A stretch of DNA of 64,000 bases. Origin: Candidatus Campbellbacteria bacterium (GTDB lineage: Bacteria > Patescibacteriota > Minisyncoccia > Phycocordibacterales > JAXHMZ01). Numbering within the stretch: position 1 is the stretch's first letter; every line of letters starts with the position of its first letter. Location: positions 197,176 to 261,175 of the forward strand of contig JAXHMZ010000005.1 of NCBI GenBank assembly GCA_034521025.1. Reading direction: 5' to 3'. Below the pieces are notes generated by a model that saw nothing but the letters and a program-made list of their open reading frames with translations, did no database searches and was not told the origin of the DNA. The translations under genes and the position numbers were made by a program. This document shows positions 10,185-18,913 of this stretch, piece after piece.

Positions 10185-10430
10185 TCAATTGTCATTTTCC
10201 TCTTCTTCCAACTTATTTTCCTCTTCTGCTATTTCTTTTTTTACGTCCTCAAGCTCTCTTCGAAGCTTGCTGTTGGTCTTGCCGAGTCCCTTGATCTTGA
10301 TCCGATAGTCATGGATCTTCTTTTGAATGCCGGCGAGGCGCTCTCTCAATTCGTCTTTGTGGCGCCGTAGGTTACTTATGTGCTGCCGCCTCTTTTCTTT
10401 TTCGTTAAGCGCCTCTGCGACGACAATCAC
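10185..10430 (-). CDS. Hypothetical coiled-coil protein, 81 aa
   Basis: AAGGAGG-TCACG-GTG start at 10430; heptad-like charged sequence; upstream TTGACA and TGgTATGAT. Confidence 0.6.
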   Translation of the reverse strand: MIVVAEALNEKEKRRQHISNLRRHKDELRERLAGIQKKIHDYRIKIKGLGKTNSKLRRELEDVKKEIAEEENKLEEEENDN

Positions 10431-10553
10431 CGTGACCTCCTTTCCCAGGACTAGACCTTCTCCTATTAAAAGGAACAAATCAGAGTTATTTTTATCATAC
10501 CACGGTTTTTTGTCAAAATGAGCTTCTCTGGCTTGTAATGATATACTGAAAAA

Positions 10554-11282
10554 ATGAAAACGATTTATATTTTTACTGATGGCGCGTCAAAGGGGAATCC
10601 TGGTCCGGGTGGCTGGGGAGCGGTTTTGGTTGCCGGAAACGAAGTTAAAGAAATAGGTGGCTTTGAAGAGAACACGACCAATAATCGTATGGAATTGATC
10701 GCGGCAATAAAAGCTTTGGAAGAGGTAAGAAGCAACGAAACAAACTCAAAAGAAATAAACGTCTTTTCTGATTCTTCTTACCTTATAAACGGGATCACGA
10801 AATGGATCTATGGCTGGCAGAAAAAGAATTGGAAAACTACAACTAAAAAGGATGTCGCAAACAGCGGTCTTTGGGAGCGCCTTTGGGAGGTCCAAAAAAA
10901 CAGGAATATAAACTGGAAATACGTTCCCGGACACAGTGATGTTGCCGGAAACGAAAGAGCGAATGATATCGCCGAAGAGTTTGCTAGAGGAAAAGACCCC
11001 GATCTCTTCAGAGGTCCGGAAGAGTCTTACCAGATCGGGCTAGTCAGTAACGAGAAGCCCCTAGGAAGGGACGGGCAAATTTCTGATCTAGAAAAAGCGA
11101 GGGAGAGTAAAGGCAAGAATAAAGGCAAGGCGTATTCTTATGTATCGCTCTTAGATGGCAAGATAAAGACGCATAGTACTTGGCAAGAGTGCGAAAAAAG
11201 AGTAAAAGGCAAACCGGCTCTTTATAAAAAAGCAATGTCAAAGGAAGACGAAAAAAATATCATCAGTGAGTTTCGCGGTTAA
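10554..11282 (+). CDS. rnhA: Ribonuclease HI with C-terminal viroplasmin-like hybrid-binding domain
   Basis: FTDGASKGNPGPGGWG, TTNNRMEL, SDSSY, GHSDVAGNERAN; C-terminal TWQECEKRVKG..A.YKK. Confidence 0.92.
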   Translation: MKTIYIFTDGASKGNPGPGGWGAVLVAGNEVKEIGGFEENTTNNRMELIAAIKALEEVRSNETNSKEINVFSDSSYLINGITKWIYGWQKKNWKTTTKKDVANSGLWERLWEVQKNRNINWKYVPGHSDVAGNERANDIAEEFARGKDPDLFRGPEESYQIGLVSNEKPLGRDGQISDLEKARESKGKNKGKAYSYVSLLDGKIKTHSTWQECEKRVKGKPALYKKAMSKEDEKNIISEFRG

Positions 11283-11290
11283 AAGTATAT

Positions 11291-12850
11291 ATGCTGAAAT
11301 TCAGATTCTTTATTCTTCCAATTTCTCTTTTTGGGGTGGCTTCAGGTCTGTTTTTGTTTGAATTTTTGGGATTGGGAGAATATTTTATCCTTTTCCTCCT
11401 TTTAATAATTTTTAGCGTAGTTTTTATAGCTTTTGCGTTCAGGGCTGAAAGAAATCTGAAAGTTTTGATCGTTTTCTCATCACTGTTTTTTCTCAGCGTC
11501 ATTTTTGGTTTAATTCGCGCCAATTTATCTGAAAAAGAGTTTATTCTGTCTCGTCATTCGGGTGAAAGGATCGAAGTAATGGGTACTGTTATGAACGACC
11601 CGGAAGACCGCGGGTCTTATTTATTTGTGATCTTGGAAGCTGATTTTATCCGGACGGATAAAGTGTGCGCCTCTGTTAGTGAGCGAGTGCTAGTCAGGAC
11701 GGATCGTTTTGAACCGATATCTTATGGTGACAATTTGCGTGTTCGGGGGTTAATTGAAAGGCCGGAGCCGTTCGTTACTGACACTGATAGAGTATTTGCT
11801 TATGATGAGTTTTTAGAAAAAGATAATATCGGCGCGGTAATTTCTTTTGCTTCCGTGGACGTTATTTCTTCTGGCGATGGTAATCTTATAAAACAAATGC
11901 TTTTTTCTCTAAAGAATGAATATCTAGATACGGTGTCTCGCTATGTTCCGGACCCGGAGTCATCTCTCCTCGGTGGTTTAACGGTAGGTGCCAAGCAGTC
12001 TCTCGGCGAAGAGTTAGAAAAAGACTTTCGCTCAACCGGCATCATTCATATTGTCGTTCTTTCCGGATACAACGTAGTGATAATAGCTGAAGCAATTTTT
12101 ATTTTATTGCGATATTTTTCAACCAGAGTCAGAGTGTCGTTGGGGATCATTGCGGTGAGCTTCTTTGCCGTTCTTGTTGGCGGAGGAGCTACTGTGGTGC
12201 GCGCTTCTATAATGGCGATAGCCGCTTTAGTTGGAAGGGCGTTGGGGCGGGAAGTTCTTGCGATCCAGACATTGTTTTTTGCCGCCATTGCTATGCTAAT
12301 TTTTAATCCATCTCTCTTGCTTTATGATCCGTCTTTTCAACTATCTTTTATGGCGACTCTCGGCCTCATTCTTTTATCAAAACCCCTTGAGAAATATCTC
12401 CATTGGGTACGATACAAGTGGCTTCGCGACATAACGACCGCAACGGTAGCGACACAGTTGGCGGTTTTGCCTTTGCTAATTTACTTAGTCGGAGAAGTTT
12501 CTCTTGTTGCTCTGCCGGTCAATCTTCTGGTTCTGCCAAGTGTACCACCGGCTATGTTACTCGGATTCCTTACCGGAATTTTCGGCTCTATTCCGTTTAT
12601 CTCTCTTGTTCTCGGACCCGTATTCGGGGCTCTGTCCTTTTTCTTCTTGAGTTATGAGTTGTTAGTAATTGAAGTTTTTGCTGCTCTGCCTTTCGCTTCT
12701 CTAAGATTGCCCCACTTTCCCTTTGTGTTTGTGTTGAGTTTATACGCGTTACTCGGTTTTTTCACTTTGGTGGTTTCTCGTCCTGGCGCGGTCAGAAAAA
12801 ATATACTACTAGATGTTTCTCATTTATTTTTGGGAAAAAGAGAAAAATGA
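11291..12850 (+). CDS. comEC: ComEC/Rec2 competence channel, N-terminal part (OB-like plus Competence domain)
   Basis: TGIIHIVVLSGYN, VVRASIMA, PSFQLSFMAT, many TM helices; lacks the MBL domain. Confidence 0.9.
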   Translation: MLKFRFFILPISLFGVASGLFLFEFLGLGEYFILFLLLIIFSVVFIAFAFRAERNLKVLIVFSSLFFLSVIFGLIRANLSEKEFILSRHSGERIEVMGTVMNDPEDRGSYLFVILEADFIRTDKVCASVSERVLVRTDRFEPISYGDNLRVRGLIERPEPFVTDTDRVFAYDEFLEKDNIGAVISFASVDVISSGDGNLIKQMLFSLKNEYLDTVSRYVPDPESSLLGGLTVGAKQSLGEELEKDFRSTGIIHIVVLSGYNVVIIAEAIFILLRYFSTRVRVSLGIIAVSFFAVLVGGGATVVRASIMAIAALVGRALGREVLAIQTLFFAAIAMLIFNPSLLLYDPSFQLSFMATLGLILLSKPLEKYLHWVRYKWLRDITTATVATQLAVLPLLIYLVGEVSLVALPVNLLVLPSVPPAMLLGFLTGIFGSIPFISLVLGPVFGALSFFFLSYELLVIEVFAALPFASLRLPHFPFVFVLSLYALLGFFTLVVSRPGAVRKNILLDVSHLFLGKREK

Positions 12851-12892
12851 AAGCCCGCTTTTACGGACTTTTAAAATTGAATCGCTCGGGGT

Positions 12893-13486
12893 TTAGGATC
12901 GCGCGCTTTGGAATCTCTCTTCCGGAACTCGCCAGTTGGTGTTTTTCATTACTGCTTCAACGTAACTGCTCTTTTCGCTCGGAGCGTAGTCCAGCATAAA
13001 GGCGTGCTCCCACATATCAATTCCAAAGATGAATTGCGCGCTGTTTAGGTGTCCAAGGTGTTGCTCATCTATCCAGCTGTTTAGCAACCTGTCTTTTTCA
13101 CGATCGTAATAAAGGATCGCGAATCCGATGCCGCGCATACCTGTTAAGTAAACGATGTCCTCCTTCCAGGTCTCGACAGAACCAAAGTCCTCTTCAAGTT
13201 TTTGAGCAAGGGGGCTTTCCGGATCTATCTCCTGAATACCTTCCGTGAACTGCTCAAAGAAATATTCGTGGTTGCGCATTCCTCCGAATTCAAAGGCGAA
13301 ACGCCTGCGCGCCTCTAGAAGAGCGTATTTGTTATTCTCATCGCCACGAAGGGACTCTATAAGATCCAGAACTTTATTGGTATTCTTTACGTAACCTGAG
13401 TAGAGACCCAGGTGGGTGTCCATTGTTTTCTCGGAGATCCCTTCGAGCGCGTGGAACTCGAATTGTTGTTCGCTATAGTGATTCAT
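12893..13486 (-). CDS. Fe/Mn superoxide dismutase family protein
   Basis: H..LYSGYVKNTN, GGMRNHEYFF, DMWEHAFMLDY metal-ligand motifs; likely start ATG 13486. Confidence 0.9.
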   Translation of the reverse strand: MNHYSEQQFEFHALEGISEKTMDTHLGLYSGYVKNTNKVLDLIESLRGDENNKYALLEARRRFAFEFGGMRNHEYFFEQFTEGIQEIDPESPLAQKLEEDFGSVETWKEDIVYLTGMRGIGFAILYYDREKDRLLNSWIDEQHLGHLNSAQFIFGIDMWEHAFMLDYAPSEKSSYVEAVMKNTNWRVPEERFQSARS

Positions 13487-13537
13487 AAGTTTTACTGTTA
13501 GCTTGTAATTAATCACATTGTAACACGCTTACCACCT

Positions 13538-14416
13538 ATGAGATCCTTCAGGTCTTTATTAATACTCCTTACTTTCATCTCCTTTTTTGTAGCGGTGGCG
13601 TTGTGGCTCGTCCTATTTATTCACTCAATAGAGAAACCGCTGGAGGTGGTTTTTCTCGATGTAGGGCAGGGAGACGCTATTTTTATAGAAACACCCAAGG
13701 GCGAAGAAATTCTAATAGATGGCGGTAGAGATAACTCGGTGTTGCGTGGGCTTTCGCAAGTTATGCCGTTCTGGGATCGCTCGATCGATCTTGTCATAGC
13801 GACTCACCCGGACGCTGATCATATCGGCGGAATTGTTGACGTCCTAAGAAGGTATAAAGTGAAAGCTATTCTTGATACAGAAGTAGAAAACGACACCCCG
13901 GCCTTCATTTCATATTCTCAAGAAGTTCAAAAGGAAAAAGCTCGATCGATAGATCCTGTGCGAGGCTCGCAGTTATTTTTTGACAATGTTGTTCTGACTA
14001 TTTTGTCAAAAGAATCTAGTGTGACAAGCGACCCCAACGATGCTTCGATCATTGTCCGTCTTGACTATGGCGAGACAAGCTTTTTGTTAACTGGTGACGC
14101 GGACAAGAAGACGGAGCGAGAGTTGTTGGGTTTTTACGATGCTCTTGAAGCAGATGTTTTAAAGGTGGGACACCACGGCTCAAGTACTTCTACCGCGAGC
14201 GAATTCGTCTCGGCTGTTTCACCGGAGTTCGCTGTTATATCAGTGGGCGAAGACAATTCCTATGGCCACCCAACCGATGAAGTGCTCAATACTTTAGAGA
14301 AACAAGAAGTAGAAATTCTGCGGACCGACGAAGACGGTATGATCAGATTTGAAAGTAATGGCGATATTCTCGTACAAAAGGACCCCGGATTTTTCCAAAA
14401 GTTAATAGGAATATAA
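13538..14416 (+). CDS. ComEC-type metallo-beta-lactamase nuclease domain (separate gene)
   Basis: N-terminal TM; FLDVGQGDA, THPDADHIGG, LLTGDA, KVGHHGS, NSYGHP, RTDEDG. Confidence 0.9.
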   Translation: MRSFRSLLILLTFISFFVAVALWLVLFIHSIEKPLEVVFLDVGQGDAIFIETPKGEEILIDGGRDNSVLRGLSQVMPFWDRSIDLVIATHPDADHIGGIVDVLRRYKVKAILDTEVENDTPAFISYSQEVQKEKARSIDPVRGSQLFFDNVVLTILSKESSVTSDPNDASIIVRLDYGETSFLLTGDADKKTERELLGFYDALEADVLKVGHHGSSTSTASEFVSAVSPEFAVISVGEDNSYGHPTDEVLNTLEKQEVEILRTDEDGMIRFESNGDILVQKDPGFFQKLIGI

Positions 14417-14430
14417 TTATTTAATCACAC

Positions 14431-14459
14431 TTGACAAAAGTATGCTTATGATATATAAA
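14431..14459 (+). promoter_or_regulatory. Sigma70-type promoter for ORF 14497
   Basis: TTGACA-N17-TATAAA. Confidence 0.65.
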
Positions 14460-14496
14460 GTAGACCGACGTCCTTTTCAAACGGGAGGAGAAGAAG

Positions 14497-14727
14497 ATGC
14501 GCGGAAGCAATAACTCGCACAAAGGTGTTCCTCGGGACGCGGATTGCGCTGTAAAGCCAACCTGCGCTCGCCCAAAGCCCTCTGGCCAAGCGAAGCGTGA
14601 TGCCGCTCGTAGGCTGCGCCAGGGGCTTAAGCAGAGAGATCGTCTCGTAACAGAGACGGCTTTCGAGGAAACCCCAAGAGAGGATACCGCAGAGCCGCGT
14701 CGCTCCACTTCCGCGATGTCTGTCTGA
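14497..14727 (+). CDS. Small basic orphan protein, 76 aa
   Basis: Own promoter, GGGAGGAG SD and downstream terminator; Arg/Lys-rich. Confidence 0.5.
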   Translation: MRGSNNSHKGVPRDADCAVKPTCARPKPSGQAKRDAARRLRQGLKQRDRLVTETAFEETPREDTAEPRRSTSAMSV

Positions 14728-14755
14728 GCGTATACATAACGTTCTGACATCAGAT

Positions 14756-14789
14756 AGCCCCGAGTTTAACAGCTCGGGGTTTTTTATTT
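14756..14789 (+). terminator. Intrinsic terminator
   Basis: AGCCCCGAG...CTCGGGGTT followed by TTTTATTT. Confidence 0.8.
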
Positions 14790-14838
14790 AGGCAACTTTA
14801 GTGTTCGATTTTCGCGCAAATTTATATATAATGGCGGT

Positions 14839-16023
14839 ATGGAACAAATGCCCCAACATCCGGATCGTCCCGACCACAATGAGCACATACCATATGATGA
14901 GTCGCCGGCGGCTAGAATAGAAAATCCATACTTTTTTTCTGAAAGTAAAGAAGGTGGCAAGGGTCTTAACTCCTACATTGAAAAGCGTTCTCTAAAGCGC
15001 GTAGAAAAAGAACGCAAAGGAGAAGAGAGCCAAGAAGAATACACGTCTCGTATGGGAAGGGCACTTGACTACACGATGGGTTTTCTCCCTAAAGCCGCCG
15101 GTAGTCTATATGAATTTCGTCAACAAAATAAAGCCAAAGAAAGCGGTGAACGTCGTCGCGTGGACGCCGAAAAACTTCTCCCGATAGTAGAGTTCCAAAA
15201 CAAGATAGTCTCAATACTTTCCGGGCTTAGTCCGGAGGATCGTTATAAATATGTGAAAGCTTCTCGGGTCGCTCTAAACGAATGGTTTGAAAAGGAAAAC
15301 ATAGACAAAGAAATTCGATCAGAAATGCGCACTACATTTGATGGTTGCGAGGCGGTTTGCGGGTATATGGATAAACGCAAAGAAGAACTGGGTGAAAATG
15401 TGAGCTTTTTTACTGATGTCTATTTGGATTGGAAGTATGGGATTGACCTGGTGGAGTTTAGTCCTCGTGAGAATAAAGAGGCGCTAGATATGCGGCTTGT
15501 ACAGAATAAGTCTTCATTCGGATCAAATGAAGATGTGGCAAAAGATCAAGAACGCCACTATTCTTGGGTTCAAAATGAACTTCTCGGTATGAACGATGTT
15601 CTGGATCGATTTTCCGAAGTGGTTGAAGCTGAATATAACTCGGAGCACCAAAAAGATCTGCGTAAGGTTTTGGCGGACTCGTTTGCTGACTCGGCGCTCG
15701 CAGCGCTTGAAATAAAACAGGGGGAGAATGAAGTCGGCTCGGAGTCAAACAAAGATAGACAGTTCTTAGAAAACGAAAGTGAATTATCCCGACTTGCCTT
15801 TGCGCTCTCTTTCCAGGAAGACGGCGAAAAGGAGAGTACCTTAGGAAATATAGCTGAGGAAATTAAAAATGAAGAGAGCGAGGACTTCATAAACAAAATT
15901 CCGATATCTAGGATATACTCTGTCTTTGCGGTGAATGATGAAACGCCAGGAAATCCGGCTTTGTTGTACTCAGAAGGTAGAGATGGAAGAAATTTGTTCA
16001 CGGGAGTTGAGCAAAGTGTATAA
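14839..16023 (+). CDS. Hypothetical protein, possible PD-(D/E)xK-like fold
   Basis: 394 aa ORF; TATAAT 6 nt before ATG; DWKYGIDLV...LVQNK motif. Confidence 0.7.
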   Translation: MEQMPQHPDRPDHNEHIPYDESPAARIENPYFFSESKEGGKGLNSYIEKRSLKRVEKERKGEESQEEYTSRMGRALDYTMGFLPKAAGSLYEFRQQNKAKESGERRRVDAEKLLPIVEFQNKIVSILSGLSPEDRYKYVKASRVALNEWFEKENIDKEIRSEMRTTFDGCEAVCGYMDKRKEELGENVSFFTDVYLDWKYGIDLVEFSPRENKEALDMRLVQNKSSFGSNEDVAKDQERHYSWVQNELLGMNDVLDRFSEVVEAEYNSEHQKDLRKVLADSFADSALAALEIKQGENEVGSESNKDRQFLENESELSRLAFALSFQEDGEKESTLGNIAEEIKNEESEDFINKIPISRIYSVFAVNDETPGNPALLYSEGRDGRNLFTGVEQSV

Positions 16024-16067
16024 CTTTACAAATCTTTATTTTTATAGTATAAATGTTCATGGAGGAC

Positions 16068-16268
16068 ACAATGAATAACAAGCCAGCAAACCAAAATGGA
16101 AACGAGGCAGACACTGCCTCGTCTCGAAGTGAGATAAAGATCGCGGTAGATGAGCTTATGGAGAAAATGGTGCCCGAGCTTAAGGCGGTAATTGATAACG
16201 ATGAACTCAGCGACGAAGCAGGGCGCGAGAAAATTGAAGCCATTCGCGAACGATTTACATCTCAGTAG
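16068..16268 (+). CDS. Small acidic hypothetical protein
   Basis: GGAGG SD before ATG 16068; helical and acidic. Confidence 0.55.
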   Translation, partial: TMNNKPANQNGNEADTASSRSEIKIAVDELMEKMVPELKAVIDNDELSDEAGREKIEAIRERFTSQ

Positions 16269-16280
16269 ACGGAGGTAAAT

Positions 16281-16865
16281 GTGAAGGCAAAGCGATTGCT
16301 CTTGCTGAAGACTGTGATATTGATCCCACTTGTCCTGTCGTTTGTTTCATTTGCAATCCAAATGAGCCCTAGGTTCGAGCTGTTTTTCCCGGACATAGGT
16401 GCCCATATCAGAGGCACGGTCCAGCTGTCCATTCCAGAAGTTGAGGTTGTCAGGAACGCGACTGAATTACCGGTTCCGGAAGTTCAAGTTGCCTACGTTT
16501 TGAGATCAACCGCGTACAACTCCGTATCCGGGCAAACTGACTCAACACCTAATATTACCGCGACAGGTGAACGCACTCAGCATGGAATTGTAGCACTATC
16601 TCGAGATATGCTCGAGATGTTCCCTTACGGAACAACGGTCAAGATACTTGATATTCGTTCCATGGATGGAGCGCCGAATGGTTGCGGAGCAACTCCAAAG
16701 ACCATCGAGCGTCTACCAACCCTTCCAGGGTTGAGTCCGGGCGAATTTCGGGTAGCGGATACGATGCATCCCCGCAAACAAAGACAGGTGGATGTCTGGC
16801 TCGACAGGGTAGAGTACGCACGCAACTGGGGAGTTTGTGAAGTTGTGTTGGCCAAAGCCAACTAG
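16281..16865 (+). CDS. 3D-domain (MltA-like) cell-wall protein with N-terminal membrane anchor
   Basis: STAYNS..GQTDSTPNITATG, VALSRD, PYGT, VADTM, VDVW; GGAGG SD before GTG. Confidence 0.8.
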   Translation: MKAKRLLLLKTVILIPLVLSFVSFAIQMSPRFELFFPDIGAHIRGTVQLSIPEVEVVRNATELPVPEVQVAYVLRSTAYNSVSGQTDSTPNITATGERTQHGIVALSRDMLEMFPYGTTVKILDIRSMDGAPNGCGATPKTIERLPTLPGLSPGEFRVADTMHPRKQRQVDVWLDRVEYARNWGVCEVVLAKAN

Positions 16866-16892
16866 TTCTTTCTGAAAGATCAGAGTGAAACA

Positions 16893-16927
16893 AAAAGACC
16901 GCACCATTTAGGTAGCGGTCTTCTTTT
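16893..16927. terminator. Bidirectional terminator between the 3D gene and rpmB
   Basis: AAAAGACCGC...GCGGTCTTCTTTT. Confidence 0.7.
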
Positions 16928-16946
16928 ATATAAATATTCAGAGCTA

Positions 16947-17189
16947 TTAGATAATGCCGGCTTTTTTGAGTGTTTCAAAGGCTCCGTTTTTTTGTATGGT
17001 TTTTAGCCCCTTGGTTGAAACGTTAACCGTAACGTATTTTTCCAACTCAGGAACAAATATCCTCTTCTTCTGGATATTGGCTCTCTTTCTTTTCTTGCCG
17101 GTAGGGTTGAACTGGGTAGCACGAGTGCGGTTAGAATACCCGCCTCCTATTTGTGAACTTTTTCCTGTGATCTCGCAAACTTTTGACAT
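16947..17189 (-). CDS. rpmB: 50S ribosomal protein bL28
   Basis: MSKVCEITGK...NIQKKRIFVPE...VSTKGLKTI. Confidence 0.92.
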   Translation of the reverse strand: MSKVCEITGKSSQIGGGYSNRTRATQFNPTGKKRKRANIQKKRIFVPELEKYVTVNVSTKGLKTIQKNGAFETLKKAGII

Positions 17190-17269
17190 AATAATGAGTT
17201 TTTCTTACGCAAGCTACTTTAGCATATCTACCCATTTATGCAATATTTGATATGATACACTACATCATT

Positions 17270-17887
17270 ATGACTATAGGAGCTCTCATTGGGATCATTG
17301 TACTGATACTTTCCGTGGTGGTGCACGAGGTGGCGCATGGCTTTGTGGCAAACAAACTCGGCGACCCTACGGCGCGTCTTGAGGGGCGTTTGACACTCAA
17401 TCCGATAAAACACATCGATCCGGTCGGCTCTATTCTGATCCCCGGTCTCCTTATGATAACTAACGCGCCATTTCTTTTTGGTTGGGCGAAACCTGTACCG
17501 TACAATCCGTATAACCTCAGAGATCCCAATCGTGATGAAGCGCTTATCGCTGTTGCCGGTCCGGTTTCAAATATTATCTTGGCGACTTTGGGCGCCGTGT
17601 TGTTCAGAGTATTGGTAATGGGAGGAGAGGTCGGCTTGTTTGCCGAAATACTGATCCCGTTTGTCATCATAAACCTGGTTTTGGCTTTGTTTAACCTGGT
17701 TCCTATACCGCCGCTTGATGGCTCCAAAATTCTTTTCTCAATTTTGCCGGTCTCTATGTATCACATTCGGCAAACACTAGAGAGCTTTGGTTTCTTTATA
17801 GTGATCGCCTTCATTGTTCTCTTTGGAGGATTTATTGGACCGGCCGTTTTCAGTCTTGCCGAATTGATGCTTGGTGTTGCAATATAG
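17270..17887 (+). CDS. Site-2 protease (M50) family membrane metalloprotease
   Basis: HEVAH, GRLTLNPIKHID, GWAKPVP, AGPVSN, NLVPIPPLDG; start at ATG 17270 after TGaTACACT. Confidence 0.92.
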   Translation: MTIGALIGIIVLILSVVVHEVAHGFVANKLGDPTARLEGRLTLNPIKHIDPVGSILIPGLLMITNAPFLFGWAKPVPYNPYNLRDPNRDEALIAVAGPVSNIILATLGAVLFRVLVMGGEVGLFAEILIPFVIINLVLALFNLVPIPPLDGSKILFSILPVSMYHIRQTLESFGFFIVIAFIVLFGGFIGPAVFSLAELMLGVAI

Positions 17888-17901
17888 ACATATTATGAGA
17901 C

Positions 17902-17930
17902 TTGCATTCTCACTTCGCCTGTAGTACTGT
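17902..17930 (+). promoter_or_regulatory. Putative str operon promoter
   Basis: TTGCAT-N17-TACTGT upstream of rpsL. Confidence 0.5.
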
Positions 17931-17984
17931 ACTCTCTGTTGAAGCTCAATACGGGCTAGATTTTAATGTATACGAAAATTTGTA

Positions 17985-18389
17985 ATGGCAACAATTAATC
18001 AATTAACGAGAAAAGGGCGTAGCAAAAAACCACAGAAATCCAAAACTGTGGCTCTTGCTCGTGGGTTTAATACTCTTAAAAACCGCCCTTCTCTCTATAA
18101 CTCTCCTTTTAAAAGAGGCGTTTGCACAAAAGTAACAACCACAACTCCTCGCAAGCCGAACTCCGCGGTCAGAAAGATCGCTCGTGTTCGTTTGACGAAC
18201 GGTATGGAAGTGACCGCGTATATCCCGGGTATGGGACACTCGCTACAGGAACACTCGGTAGTGATGCTACGTGGTGGTGGTCCGAAAGACATTGGCGCCA
18301 ACTATACGGTAGTTCGCGGAGTTCTCGACTCTGGCGGAGTAGATGGGCGCAAAAAAGGACGCAGTAAATATGGAGCTAAGAGAGAATAA
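17985..18389 (+). CDS. rpsL: 30S ribosomal protein uS12
   Basis: [35 protein letters not shown]. Confidence 0.98.
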   Translation: MATINQLTRKGRSKKPQKSKTVALARGFNTLKNRPSLYNSPFKRGVCTKVTTTTPRKPNSAVRKIARVRLTNGMEVTAYIPGMGHSLQEHSVVMLRGGGPKDIGANYTVVRGVLDSGGVDGRKKGRSKYGAKRE

Positions 18390-18397
18390 ATAATATT

Positions 18398-18865
18398 ATG
18401 CGAAGACCAGTCAAAAAAACGCCACAGCCTGTCGCGGATTCAGTCTACAACTCTGTACGGCTTTCGAGGTTCGTAAACTATATTATGTTAGACGGTAAGA
18501 AGAGTACCGCGCGCAAGATAGTCTATGATGCTCTGGATAGGATCAAGAAAAACACCAAAAAAGACCCGCTTGAGGTCTTTGAGACGGCTCTACACAATGT
18601 TGGCCCAACTATGGAAGTACGCAGCCGTCGGGTCGGAGGAGCTAACTATCAGGTCCCTCGAGAGGTACGTCCGGAAAGACGCGACCAACTCGCTATGCGG
18701 TGGATCGTAAATGCCGTGCGCGCGGAAACTGGTCGCCCTATGTACGAACGATTGGCCGACGAGATCCTAGCCGCCGCGAACGAAGAAGGAACCGCTTTTG
18801 CCAAGAAAGAAAATACCCACAAGATGGCCGAAGCCAACAAGGCATTTGCTCACTTCGCTTGGTAA
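18398..18865 (+). CDS. rpsG: 30S ribosomal protein uS7
   Basis: [31 protein letters not shown]. Confidence 0.98.
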   Translation: MRRPVKKTPQPVADSVYNSVRLSRFVNYIMLDGKKSTARKIVYDALDRIKKNTKKDPLEVFETALHNVGPTMEVRSRRVGGANYQVPREVRPERRDQLAMRWIVNAVRAETGRPMYERLADEILAAANEEGTAFAKKENTHKMAEANKAFAHFAW

Positions 18866-18913
18866 CAGAGTTAGTAAAATTATATAAACAGTTTTTATTA
18901 TCAATTTATTTGT

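Noticed and set aside
9219-10520. Integron cassette array
   Set aside because: No attC-type RYYYAAC...GTTRRRY sites and no integrase; the intervening hairpins look like terminators.
14421-14750. Minus-strand 109 aa ORF (and plus-strand ORF 9782-10084)
   Set aside because: Promoter, SD and terminator signals support the opposite strand in each case.
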